Source: Basidiobolus meristosporus CBS 931.73
Taxonomy: Eukaryota; Fungi; Basidiobolomycota
Direction: 5' to 3'
Length of the DNA stretch: 64,000 nucleotides
Assembly: GCA_002104905.1 (NCBI GenBank)
Contig: MCFE01000445.1
Coordinates: 1-64,000, forward strand
Part shown: positions 50,872 to 62,790 of the stretch, piece after piece
Layout: every line of letters starts with the position of its first letter
How positions within the stretch are numbered: position 1 is the stretch's first letter
Program-made: the position numbers and the translations under genes
The notes under the pieces: generated by a model
Databases searched by the model: none
The model's input: only the letters and a program-made list of their open reading frames with translations
What the model was told of the DNA's origin: nothing

Positions 50872-53428
50872 GCCTGGCCATCAGGTGACGGCTAGGGTGT
50901 GATATGCGTTTATTGATCATTGTTGACCATTGCGTTGATTACAAACCGGGAATCATGCAGGCGCTCAGCAGTAATTAGCGCAGAGTTGATGTTTCCCTAA
51001 GGAGTCAAAATATCGATATCCTGAGAGGCACCGTTGACGGGTTGGTTTCCATGTTCCAGTGCCGTATGCATCAATCAAGGCGCACCCAATCCAAGGGGCA
51101 TTCCAGACATGGGATCACGCAGTGTGTTGTAATAAACACCATGTATGCATTAGTATAACCTCAGGGCTTCCAGTGGTAACAGCCATGAGTAGCAATCGCC
51201 TGTTGCATACATTTAGTGCCTACGTTAAACGTCCCCAAGAAAGGGGTCTCCTGGGCAAGGCGATGAATCAGAGCCAGAGCGTGCTCGCCTTCCGCAGAAC
51301 CTCAGTAGCCGCTCTGGACGTCTGGCAGGATCACGGGCTGGTGAGGTTTGGGCCACTGATATTTCCATCGATATGGGTTTTTGGCTCTGTTCCAAACATA
51401 TCTGATGTCAAGCAATCATGGTTCCTAGTGTTGCTCACCTTGGCATGGGAAGAACCGGTGATGCACTTCTGATCCAGCAGTAGCGAGGTCACTTGGGAAT
51501 GAGACATTCACGTGAGCCCCACTGATCTTGAGCTGATGATCACTGGCGAACCAGTAAGCAAGTGAATGGCGGGATAGGTATCAAGTATTAGAGCCACCCC
51601 CATCCCCATATCAGGCAAATGCATTCTGCACATTCCGCTGTTGGCACCGACCTCTACATCGTTATCATTGCCCTCAACAGTGGAAGTGCCGTTACAGGCG
51701 ATCCATCCGCTTTCTCGCACACCACATGCTTGCGTAGCAGCGCTGTGGCTGTGCCGTATTCCACTCTGCCTGATGGCCGTCTTGGTCGAAAGTGCTGGTG
51801 CATTCTATATAAACTGGTCTGGTGGAGGGGGTCTGTTCACGATTGTGGACGGCAAGTATACATCGATCCTCGTAGTATGCCAACTCTCTTACTGTAGCCA
51901 AGTAGCTTATTGCTCGGGTTCGCCAAAGGGCAATCCAATCAAGGCCAATCGCTGTGTACAGGCATCGAAGGCTTTCATGGAGTCAAGTACAGGTGTACTG
52001 CTAGTACCTGAGAATCAGCTATGACACCCTCGGTACACTGGGCAGTTTTATGCTTTAATACGACACGGATGGAACTCTACCTTTGTGCAGCTGTATCTCT
52101 TGGCCATCACCATCGAGGTTGCATTTATATGCGTCAATCTGTAGCCCGTGCTGACGCTTGCCGTTGATAACCATCTAAGAGACTGAGCAGTTCCATTTTA
52201 GAGGCACCACACTGGTTCAGTCAGCGTCACTCGAACTTGCATAAGTCTGATCCTCACGCGAGTATACTGGTGGCCTCGTTCGAAGTACCTTGAGGCATCG
52301 ATTATCGATTCCGGATGTACCTTCATTCAGCCACTTTGTGAAGCACACCCCAGTCACGTATTATGCACTACAAGTCTGCAAGCGCGAACCGTCGATCGAG
52401 ACCCCATATATCTTCTTTGAATTCCTGCTTGTTTAACCAAGCCAGCCAACCATCAGTAATCCTGAACTGAATCGTACGCAATGCTGGACTCTATATATGT
52501 TCAGAACACATGCTGGAACTAATAAATCGGCAAACTGATGTATATTCACCACATTCTTAGACATAAAACGATGGGGGGGGGAGGGTAGTGCTTACACTCA
52601 ATTAAGTAAGATGACATGGATCTGTTTCTACAACTATTGGTTGGCTACACTCTATATTTCCCAATCAAGGATTTTGAGAATATTGTCGATTACAGGTAAT
52701 TGGTTGATATCTAAGACTCTTGGCTTTTTGATACTGGTTTTATGTCAGTTACCCGCAACCATTACTATACACTACAGTTGCACTGTTTAAATCCACCCGA
52801 TATCATGGTATGCAAGCGCATGTTCATCAAAAGTAATACCGATCTAACATGACTTGAAACACCTGTATATATCCGTATATAGATGTCACACTTACAATAA
52901 ACATCTTGTTGGCTGAGTTCAAGAATATTAGTCAAATTATTTTAAACCAATAGCATATAGCACTCATCCAGAGTGATGATTATCTTGGTCTGCATGTTCC
53001 TGCTGATAGGCTAAATATGCTTTTTTAATCTAAATTATAGCAAGTACTTGTCCTGGATGAAGGGATTTAGAGTTACTTCAATCAATATGTTGCATCTGTT
53101 GTAAAAATTTGTATTTCCACCTAAATATTCACCTAACTTAGTCACTTAGATCATTACCTTCAAATCCTAGAGAATACTGACCAAATTCCTTGTTGGGATT
53201 TACTTAGAATATTTACCCAGAACATGAAAGTTCTCAAAGTTGTCCAAACAGCCCCAAACTTTGCACACATGTTCTTGGGACCTTCCGCAGCCTATGCTAC
53301 ATGTTTGTAATGCCAAGATCAGGTAAAAGTATAAGTACTACTTTTACATTCAATAAATCATTAAGTGAAAACCACATAATCTACTTGTTCTCTAAATCAC
53401 TTCCAATATCTCCAAGACTCTTACAACA

Positions 53429-53440
53429 GGTTATGAGCCC
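53429..53440 (+). promoter_or_regulatory. Primer-binding site complementary to the anticodon arm of initiator tRNA-Met (half-tRNA priming)
   Basis: GGTTATGAGCCC immediately follows the 5' LTR. It is the reverse complement of GGGCUCAUAACC. A second copy lies at 7245-7256. Confidence 0.85.
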
Positions 53441-56400
53441 CAAGCTGTCACTCTCTGCAGTGTATACTACTGCTATTACTGGAATTTTTCCCTCTGCTGA
53501 AAAGTTGGATGGATCTAACTACCAAGTGTGGAAGGTGAAGATGAAGATGCTGCTACAAGAAAGAGGCCTTTGGGATATTGTCATGGGAGAAGAATGCCCT
53601 CCTAAAAATGTGGGAGAGGAAGCTTTAAAGTACCAGAAGAAAGAACAAAGTGCCTTTAACTGCATTTGCCTTAATGTCAAGGACAAATTGCTAATTCAAT
53701 GCTCAAGAGCAAAAACAGCAAAGAATGCCTGGAAGGCATTAGAAGACACCTACCAGTCATGTTCAGCTGCCAAGAAAATGTATCTGAGACAAAAATTCTT
53801 TACTACAAAGATGCCGCCAGGAGAAGAAATGAAAAATCTAATTAACAGAATTACCCTGCTGGTAGATGAGATGGAATCTTTGGGCGTACCAACTACTGAT
53901 GAGGATGTGATAGTTACCATCCTGAATAGCCTGACAGACAAGTTTCAGGGCCTTGTATCAGCCCTAGAGTCCAGAACTGAAGATTTGACCTTAAATTACG
54001 TATATGGAAGGCTCCTGGATGAAGAATTAAGAAAATCAAGCACCAATAAGAAGGAAGAAGAAAATGCTTTAATAAGCAATGATAACCAACAAAGGAGGTA
54101 CCCAAGACCCTACAAAGGCAACAGCAACCTATTTTGCAACTACTGCAAAAGGAAAGGACACACATCAGACCGGTGTCATAAAAAGAGAGATTATCAGCAA
54201 AAGAAGCCTGAATATGGAAATGCTGCAACAACTGAAGATAGACTATTCATATCTGCACTAAATATGAGCACAAACAAGGATTCTCAGACGTGGTATATTG
54301 ACTCTGGAGCTTCTCAACACTTTACACACCAAAAAGAACTTTTACCCAATATCAAGAAATTCCAATTGAGAAGGTTTTCATGGGTGATGATAGAACACTT
54401 GATGCAGTGGGAGAAGGAACTATCCAAGTAAACCTAAGAAGCAGTGAAGGAAGCCATACACTGACCTTTAAAGAAGTACTTTATGTACTAGAAATAGCCA
54501 AGAACCTACTCTCTGTAAGCAAGGCCGCAGCAGAAGGACTCAGTTTTAGCTTTGACAATTCTGGATGCAGGATCACTGATCAAAATGGTGCTCATATTGC
54601 TTTGGGCATCAGAGATCAGAATCTATACAAGTTGACTTATATTCCATCATACTTGGAAGCCAATATAAGTAACTTAAATGAAGAAACACCAATGCTTTGG
54701 CACAGGAGATTTGGACACATCAATTTTGATTATTTGCGTAAAATGATCAAAGATCAGCTAATTTCTGGAGTGAAAGTTGATCCCCCAGCTAGTTTGGAGC
54801 ACTGTGAAGCCTGCATATATGGGAAACAAGCCAGACAACCGTTCAAGAGCTCTGGGTTAATCAAAACTAAGAAAAAATTAGATCTAATTCACTCAGATCT
54901 GTGTGGACCTATGCAAAATTTATCCTTAGGCGGGATGAAGTATTTAATCACTTTTATTGATGATTATACAAGATACACATGGGTCTACTTCATGGAGAGA
55001 AAGGAAGAAGCTCTGTCTAAGTTCAGGGAGTTTAAAGCCATGGTGGAGAGAGAAACTGGTGAAAAAATCAAGAAAATACGCTCTGATAATGGTGGAGAAT
55101 ATACCTCAAAACTCTTCATCCACTTCTGCAAAATTCATGGGATAAAGCAAGAGACTACTGTACCATACTCCCCACAGCAAAATGGAGTAGCAGAACAAGC
55201 TAACAGATCAATAATTGATATGGCAAGATCTATGATCCATTATCAAAAATTATCCTATGATTTTTGGGCAAAATCAGTTGCCACTGCTGTATATCTTAAA
55301 AATAGGAGTTACAACAGAATACTTTGTGATTCTACTCCATTTGAAGCATGGTATGGATACAGACCAAGTGCAGAACATCTAAGAATATTTGGGTGTACAG
55401 TATATGCCAAAAAACTGGCCGGAAATCAGTCAAAATTTGAGCCCAAAAGTGTAAGATGCATATTTTTGGGCTACTGCAATGAGAGTAAGGCATACAGACT
55501 CTACAATACTAAAGCAAAGAAGCTGATCAAGTCCAGGGATGTGTTATTTGATGAAAATTCAAAATTTTTACAAAAAATGACATCAGATGATGACAAAAAT
55601 TTGATCTCAAGTCCACCAATTGTCAGGATTGAATCAGAGCAAAACAATGAGCATTTTTTCACTCCAGAGGACTCTACAACCGTGGTTCAGCCAGAATCAG
55701 TGCCCAGGAACATCCCAGAAGTGATCATTCCAGTATCAAATGCCCGGAGATTCAATCAGACAAGAAATAGCCCAAATTACTATATCAATGAGGGTACAAA
55801 CTTAGCCTATGCCTATTCAGTCCATATTGATGAACCCCAGACTGTAAAAGAGGCCCTAAATAGCCCTCAGACAAAGTTTTGGAGATCTGCAATGACTGAG
55901 GAATATCAGGCCCTGATGGAAAATCAAACTTGGGACTTAGTCAAATTACCAATCAACCAAAAATCAATTGGGTGCAGATGGGTCTTCAAGACAAAATACA
56001 AGGCTGATGGTACAATTGAAAGATACAAAGCAAGACTTGTAGCCAAAGGATACTCTCAAACAAAAGGACTTGACTATACTGAGACCTTTGCACTGGTAGC
56101 CAAGTTTAATTCCATCAGATTAATATTGGCTATTGCAGCCAAATATAAGTTTTTTATTCATTAAATGGATGTAAAAGCTGCATTTTTGAATGGAGAACTT
56201 GATGAGGACGTGTATATGGACCAGCCTGATGGGTTTGTTGACCAAGATAACCCCCATTTGGTCTGCAAGCTTAAAAAGTCACTATATGGTCTCAAACTAT
56301 CACCAAGAGCCTGGAATTGCAAGATAGATTCTTATTTGGAACCTTTGAGTTTCATAAGAAGTAATGCTGACTATGGTATATACTATAAGCCAGATAGAGC

Positions 56401-57403
56401 AAGTGCAGTTCTATTAGCTCTATATGTGGATGATCTTATTATAGCCACCAATAACCTAGAAACATTGGAAGAGACTAAATCCAGCCTATCTAAGGAGTTC
56501 AAGATGTCCAATCTAGAAAAACTTGGTTACTACTTAGGGATTAAGTTCTCCATAGACAGAAGTACCCAGACTATCACCCTAACTCAATCCAAGTATATTC
56601 AAGATATACTAAAGAAGTACAAAATGGAAGACTGTAAACCGGCAGCTACCCCAATGGAGACAAACCTTAACATGGTCAAAACTCAACCAAATGAAGAGAG
56701 CTTGGTGCCATCTGAAAGCCCTGACTTTCCTTATCAATCTATGGTTGGCAGTCTGATGTATATCATGCTTGGAACACGTCCAGATATCTCATATTCAGTG
56801 GGAGTTGTCAGCCAACATAATCAGAACTATAGATCTGATCATATTGCAGCAGTTAAGCGGATTTTTAGATACCTAAAAGGAACTGCTGATATTTGCTTAA
56901 GATACACTTATAAGGACTCAGAACAAGATCTTGTGGGATACTCTGATGCAGATTGGGGACAAAATTTAGAAGACAGAAGATCCACCACAGGATACACCTT
57001 TCTTTACTGTAAAGGAGTAATTTCATGGAATTCAAGAAAGCAACCAACTGTAGCACTTTCCACCACAGAGGCAGAGTATATGGCAGCCTGTGAAGCTACA
57101 AAAGAAGCAATGTGGTTAAGAAAGCTGTTTACAGATTGAGGCCTATGTCAAAAAACGCCTATTACTTTATTTCAAGATAATCAAGGATGTATACAATTAG
57201 GTAGAAATCCAACTTTTCATGCTAGAACCAAGCACATAGATATTAGACATCATTTCATATGTGAAGCTATAGAGAATAACTTAGTTAGCTTAGTTTACTG
57301 TCCTACAGATGAAATGATTGCAGACATATTTACCAAACCATTAGCTAGAGACAAGTTTGAATATCTTAGGTCAAAATTAGGACTAGTCAGTATGAACATT
57401 TAG
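53434..57403 (+). pseudogene. Copia gag-pol polyprotein, disrupted
   Basis: Motifs: zinc knuckle CNYCKRKGHTSDRC; protease WYIDSGASQH; integrase WHRRFGH..CEAC, HSDLCGP, RSDNGGEY; RT YVDDL; RNase H YSDADW..EAEY..DNQG..ADIFTK. Lesions: a frameshift at about 54339-54344, TAA at 56162-56164 (IH*MDVK, normally IHQMDVK) and TGA at 57137-57139. Confidence 0.93.
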
Positions 57404-57849
57404 CTGAGTGGGGGTGTTGTAAAAATTTGTAGTTCCACCTAAATATTTACCTAACTTAGTCACTTAGATCATTACCTTCAAATCCTAGAGAATACTGACC
57501 AAATTCCTTGTTGGGATTTGCTTAGAATATTTTCACCAAAATACCAGGTACCCAGAACATGATAATTCTCAAAGTTGTCCAAACAGCCCCAAACTTTGCA
57601 CACATGTTCTTGGGACCTTCCTTAGCCTATTCTACATGTTTGTAATGCCAAGATCAGGCAAAAGTATAAATACCACTTTTACATTCAATAAATCATTAAG
57701 TGAAAACCACATGATCTACTTGTTCTCCCATCACTTCCAATATCTCCAAGACTCTTACAACAGCATCTCTAATCAATTTTACTATTTGCATCTAAATAGT
57801 GCTGTGAGGAATGTGAAATATCAAAGGTGATTGCTAGATTGTTTGGCAC

Positions 57850-58006
57850 TCACCTAATATTTCATTGGGTGTAAAAGTGGTATATTTACTTCTCCATAGT
57901 CTTGGCCATAAAAAATTAAAGAATATGCTCAAAAAGGTCCCAAATAACATATGTGCAAAGTTTGGGACTGTTTGGACAACTTTGAGATATCTCATATACT
58001 GGGTAC
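57850..58006 (-). mobile_element. Degenerate inverted LTR fragment of the copia family
   Basis: Reverse complement matches the LTR interior (GTACCCAG..CTCAAAGTTGTCCAAACAGTCCCAAACTTTGCAC..ACTTTTACA). Confidence 0.75.
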
Positions 58007-58161
58007 ACTACATGTCTAGGATGGTCTCAAGAGCATGAGTGGAAATTTTGGAAGTGCTCATCAACTACCATGTGCTTAACTTTCAAAGCCCAATGTGCTA
58101 TAGTAGACTGTTTTCTTGAGTTGTCAGAAATTGTTTATAGAATAATGCAATATGTGCTATA

Positions 58162-58508
58162 TGTTATAAAAACTTGTAATTTCACCTAAATATTGACTCT
58201 ACTTGATCACTTATATCATTACCTGCAAATCTTGGAGAATACTGATTAAATTTCTTGCTGGGATTTACTTGGTGAAATTTCATGACCTGGGTACCTAATA
58301 TTATGGTGAAAGTATTCTAAGATGTCCAAACAGCCCCAAACTTTGTACACATGTTGTTGGGACCTTTCTAAGCATATTCTACATTTTTGCTTTGCTTCAA
58401 TCATGTTAATATAAAATACTACTTTTACATTCAATAATCATTAAGTGAAAACCACATAATCTACTTGTCCTCCCAGTCACTTCCAATATCTCCAAGACTC
58501 TTGCAGCA
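58162..58508 (+). mobile_element. Older solo LTR of the copia family
   Basis: TGTTATAAAAACTTG...CCAAGACTCTTGCAGCA. The flanks CTATA and TTACA could be a decayed TSD. Confidence 0.88.
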
Positions 58509-58640
58509 TTACATGGTGGTCCTTTTGTCTTCATAGCTTTGTCCTATTCTTGAACAGAGTACAAGTAGATTGCAAGCATATATATTACACTTGATTATAA
58601 ATATATTTCAGGCAGATATCAGAGGTTCTCTCTACTACAA

Positions 58641-58960
58641 CACTAAGAAAAAAAATTAAGAAAATGCCAGCCAAATACCTTCACAAAATCAGCTGAATTC
58701 CAAGCTTCTCAAAATTGACAACTCTCAATATCTCTGTTGTTAGCTGATTGGCAGGCAAGCAAATGTATTCTCCAGGAGGAGACTAGGCCAACCAGTTTCC
58801 ACACCAAATTTGGTAATTAGCTGCCTGTTACTTCCATCAAAATTTTCATTTAAAACTTGAACCAAAAACACCAGCTGAATACCAGTAAAATACCATTGGT
58901 ACACCAGCTGAATACTGGCTGAAAATCAGATGAATTCCAAGTTTGTGATTTTTCATAGGG
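58641..58960 (+). mobile_element. Non-autonomous CACTA-type MITE (320 bp) with 3-bp TSD CAA
   Basis: Starts CACTAAGAAAAAAAA and ends TTTTTCATAGGG. CAA flanks both sides (58638-58640, 58961-58963). Subterminal repeats CACCAGCTGAATAC lie at 58869-58882 and 58902-58915. Confidence 0.8.
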
Positions 58961-59244
58961 CAAGCCTTTGGTACTACACCAAACTAACTTAATCTTTTAG
59001 ATTGTAACCAACAGGCACTTGTACTTCTGGTCTGCATTCCTTTTAAGTGACCATTTGATGTGTTTTCTAAGATGTTAGGTGCCCAGTGCCATAAGAGCTT
59101 CTGAGACATTGGAAGTGACTGGGAGAATAGGTAGATATTCTAAATCTTGCCAAGTATGAGTCAAGTGTAAGAGTTCTATTTGTACTTCAGCATGGCCTAG
59201 GTAGCTATATTGGTTCACACCAATTCTACTAATATACCAATATC

Positions 59245-59508
59245 TATTGTAAAGATTTATATTTCAACCTAAATATTCACCTGACTTAGACACTTAGATC
59301 ATTACCTACAAGTCCTGAAGAATACTGACTAAATTCCCTGTTGGAATTTACTTGGAAAATTTTCACCAAAACATCAGGTACATAGAACATGAAAATATTC
59401 CAAGTTGTCCAACCAGCCTCAAACTTTGCACACATGTTCTTGTGACCTTCTTAAGCATATCCAATGTGTTTGTTTGCCAAGGCCATGGAAAAGTATAAGT
59501 ACTACTTT
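59245..59508 (+). mobile_element. 3'-truncated degenerate LTR of the copia family
   Basis: TATTGTAAAGATTTA..CCTAAATATTCACCTGACTTAG..GTATAAGTACTACTTT. Confidence 0.8.
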
Positions 59509-59596
59509 AGTAGCAGTTGGGAGAACATGGTATTATGTAGTTTTTACTAGATGATTGATTGAATGTAACAATGTATTAATACTTGTACATGATCCA

Positions 59597-59825
59597 GCTG
59601 ACAACTCTCAATATTTCAGGTATTAGCTTCATGGTAGATAAGCACACATCCTTTTCAGGGGGAGACTAGGCCAACTAGCATTCACACCAAATTTAGTAAT
59701 CAGCTGCTCTTTACTTCCACCAAAAATTGCAACTGAAAATTTGAAGCAGAAACACCAGCTGAATCCACACCAACTGAATACCAGCTAAAAATCCAATGAA
59801 TTCCAACTTCGAGATTTCCATAGCG
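59597..59825 (+). mobile_element. 5'-truncated second copy of the CACTA-type MITE
   Basis: Direct repeat of about 58715-58960 (GACAACTCTCAATAT..GGAGACTAGGCCAAC..CACACCAAATTT..CACCAGCTGAAT..TGAATTCCAA), ending TTTCCATAGCG. Confidence 0.75.
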
Positions 59826-60899
59826 TACCTTTGCTTGTATTTGTACTGGATAAATCAGTAAATGAACCTCATACCGATTTTCTAGTAGTCCACACCGCTT
59901 CTAACACTCCTAAAAATGTTGCAGTAATATTCACTAGTTAGTAAGGCAAACATCAATAATGTACCTGTGCATTTTATGGAATTTTCGAGTACTAGCAATG
60001 CAAACGTGTTGAAAAAGATCAGTGTTGCGGGCGTATTTGGAGGATTTTGGGAAACTTCGATATTCCCCGTTTGGGCACCCGGTACTGCAAAGCCATTATT
60101 CAGATGTCAACTGAAGCACATTATGGGACCAGGATTGAGTTCAAAAACAGAGTGAAGCCCTAATCCGTTATAAATGAATAGTTTAGTACCAATCTCATTT
60201 GTAACGGGGGCTCCCTGGGCTAACATGGTGCACCATTGACAAATTCCTACCGACCACTTCCCTGATATAGTATGTAATACTCAGGCTGTCCCCTAACTCA
60301 ATCCAAGTATTATTAAGCATAATCAGAATATGGGGGTATGGTGTAGAATACATGCTTCCAGATGCACTAGCTGATACGGTTTGTAGCACTCTGGAAGCAG
60401 CTACACATAGGATGCAGTCGAGTTGCTCACTTCAAGCCTAGGAAGAAATTGATGGGCAACAAGATTGGTTGAACTGGGGGTTGAGTTAGATTCCATGCGA
60501 TATCGATGTATTCTAATATTGCACAATGTGTAACAAAAACAGGTTTCTAGGATCTCTTTACAAGCAACACAGCGTCAGCGCTACGCTACAGGTGGATTAC
60601 TACTTAGGAACCTACGGTAGTCGATACATGGCCATACAACTCATGCCGGGAAACACTTCAAACCGAATCGCCTTGATTCGGATTTCCTGTATTGTGAGGG
60701 AAATACGGGGTAGCAAATAGAATGGCGATTCCCAACTTAATCACAACCTCCAAATACTGTGGCACATTGATGAAAGAGTTGGAGCAACGATGGGTCAACT
60801 GACCCTAAGATTCGATGATTACGAGAGAACATCTAACCAGGACCCCAGAGCTGATCCATCATATATATAAGGGATCATTTCACACGAGCTCACTCCATC

Positions 60900-60914
60900 G
60901 TGTGTGTGTGTGTG
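60900..60914 (+). repeat. (GT)7 microsatellite immediately 5' of the GNAT start codon
   Basis: GTGTGTGTGTGTGTG directly followed by the ATG at 60915. Confidence 0.9.
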
Positions 60915-61421
60915 ATGGAGATACTCCCACTGAAGCAAGAAGATGTTCCAAGCGTCAAAGCATTTCTCTTCAAAGTAATCGAAGAGGACTTTGGCTATCA
61001 GTTCAATCCCGCTTGGCACTCAGATATAGCCAACCTAGAGAGAGTTTACTTACAAGACCCCAGAAGCTATTTCTTGGTGGGTTGGAATGGCGATGGCAGT
61101 ATTGCTGGAACCATCGCCATCCGCAAATATCCCAACAGCTTCCCTGAGGTTAACCACCTATACGACGACAGAACAACGTCGATGGTTGTGCGGCATTTTG
61201 TTTCCAGGTCTCAGCGAAACAAAGGGGTTGGGTCTCAGTTGCTGAAGGATGTAGAGGCTTACGCAAGGGAATCCGGCGTCAATACCCTGTATCTACATAC
61301 ACAAATCACCATCCCCGGCTCCCTAGAATATTGGTTGGCCAAGGGCTACAAGGTTACTTTAGACACTAAGAATCAATTAGGAACTGTACATTTAGAAAAG
61401 CACCTGCCTCGAGTGGAATAA
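60915..61421 (+). CDS. GNAT-family N-acetyltransferase, intronless, 168 aa
   Basis: MEILPLKQEDVPSVKAFLF..AGTIAIR..VVRHFVSRSQRNKGVGSQLL (acetyl-CoA motif A, R/Q-x-x-G-x-G) ..LYLHT..SLEYWLAKGY. A TATA-like TATATATAA lies about 50 bp upstream. Confidence 0.9.
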   Translation: MEILPLKQEDVPSVKAFLFKVIEEDFGYQFNPAWHSDIANLERVYLQDPRSYFLVGWNGDGSIAGTIAIRKYPNSFPEVNHLYDDRTTSMVVRHFVSRSQRNKGVGSQLLKDVEAYARESGVNTLYLHTQITIPGSLEYWLAKGYKVTLDTKNQLGTVHLEKHLPRVE

Positions 61422-61866
61422 AAACTGCTGGTAGCATCTGTACCCGTATTCATATATTGCTAATAGATTAAATATATCGAGCGATGTCGATTGGCCAAAC
61501 CTTAGGCCCGATTTCCTAGAAACAGTGGTGGAAGCGATAAGTTGAATAATGATAGTAATGTGAGATCTAACTGATGTGGTACACGCGGTCAGCACCATTG
61601 GATGGGAGATACGACCAATGGCATTTAACTGGGGGTGGTGTCAAATACAAGTTGAAAGGTCTAGCAAGCACTATAAATTACCAGCCAAGCACAATACTCG
61701 GTTGCTGTTGAACATCTAGTAGCAATGAATGGTGGGAAACCCGACGCCGAAGTCTCGCGGAGCCGCCATATACTCCTGACTGAACAAAGTGAATTCACAT
61801 GGTATATTTCCTTTTCCGTTCCGTCCTCATTTCCCAACTAATTCTCACCACTCATCAAGGCGCTAG

Positions 61867-62790
61867 GCTATCATTGGCTCTTTGCTTGGCTGTGTGGTGA
61901 AGGCCAAGATAATGGCGGGCGGATTTGTGCTTTCGTTTGTTGTGGTGCTGCTTGCCTATTGGGTATATATTTTGGACAGGATACACATAATCTTTTGACT
62001 AGGTACTGCATTCGGCGGTACTCGTATGATGAATGCTGATTGAGTCTGGAAGTAACAGTCAGAGCCAAACTTTGCTTTCTTTGGTGCGGGACTAATGACC
62101 CCGCCACACACTTTGGTGTCGTTCCTTTTGGGGGCCCTTGTCGTATATGGGATTGCTGGACCGTTAATGGTCGAGTATGGGTACTTGGTTGCTGTTTGTG
62201 GGTTTGGCAAAGCAGCAAACGGATCGGCGCAAGCCTGGTTTATCTGGGCAGCTTTTACAGTCACAGGTTTAATTCAAAATAGACCATCAGGCTTTATATA
62301 CTACTCTAAGCCAGAGTAATATTTTTGTTATTTTTCATATATCTGTGTGAGCGCAGTATGATTCGGAACACTCAAAGATCTGGGTGCTACTTACTCTAGC
62401 TAATTAAGCTCAAGCGTAGCGTTGATGTGACATGGTTTTGCTTCAAATAATATGTTTGGCACCTATATTCATATGGTTGGATATAATATTCTTTGCCCTG
62501 ACATTAATATCTATGGACTTCATTGGCTTGCAACATTTCGTGGAGCTTCGCATACAGCAGCATGGGACAATCCTCAAACCGTTTTTATCATTACCTCTAC
62601 AAAGTTCGTACAACACTAGGGTGACTTGGATTCCCAAGACAATATTCGAGATTCTGGTAATTGACCAAGTGTAACTTGCGTTGTATGCATAATTGCATAA
62701 TTTAGGTGCGATACCAGCCAATTGCACTAATTTGGACCATGACCATTAAAAAATGATTATGATCATATCCTTAGAGTAAAAGTAAGCATA
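61867..62790 (+). pseudogene. Decayed OPT/YSL-type oligopeptide transporter fragment
   Basis: One frame reads KAKIMAGGFVLSFVVVLLAYWVYILDRIHIIF*LGTAFGGTRMMNAD*VWK*QSEPNFAFFGAGLMTPPHTLVSFLLGALVVYGIAGPLMVEYG. Downstream pieces FALTLISMDFIGLQ..HGTILK and LKNDYDHILRVK resemble later OPT helices. The stops are at 61996, 62041 and 62053. The family call is from motif memory. Confidence 0.5.

Larger units (their letters stand above)
53097..57762 (+). mobile_element. Full-length but mutated Ty1/copia LTR retrotransposon with TSD GCATC
   Basis: LTRs at 53097-53428 and 57415-57762 (TG..CA ends; by hand alignment about 14 substitutions, a 17-bp deletion and a 1-bp indel). TSD GCATC at 53092-53096 and 57763-57767. 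PBS at 53429-53440 and PPT GAGTGGGGG at 57406-57414. Domain order is gag-PR-IN-RT-RH. Confidence 0.98.

Noticed and set aside
54339-54344. Programmed -1 frameshift between gag/protease and pol
   Set aside because: There is no X XXY YYZ slippery heptamer. Adding one T to CTTTTA restores a normal LFTQYQEIP..VFMGD reading, and copia elements usually have a single ORF. This is a deletion or a homopolymer sequencing error.
53097-59800. RIP as the cause of repeat decay
   Set aside because: CpA and TpG are abundant and long ORFs survive. The deficit is specific to CpG, although one CAA-to-TAA change is present.
61731-61768. GC-rich stem GGTGG...CCGCC as a tRNA or riboswitch
   Set aside because: It is about 40 nt long with no cloverleaf, T-loop or known aptamer consensus.
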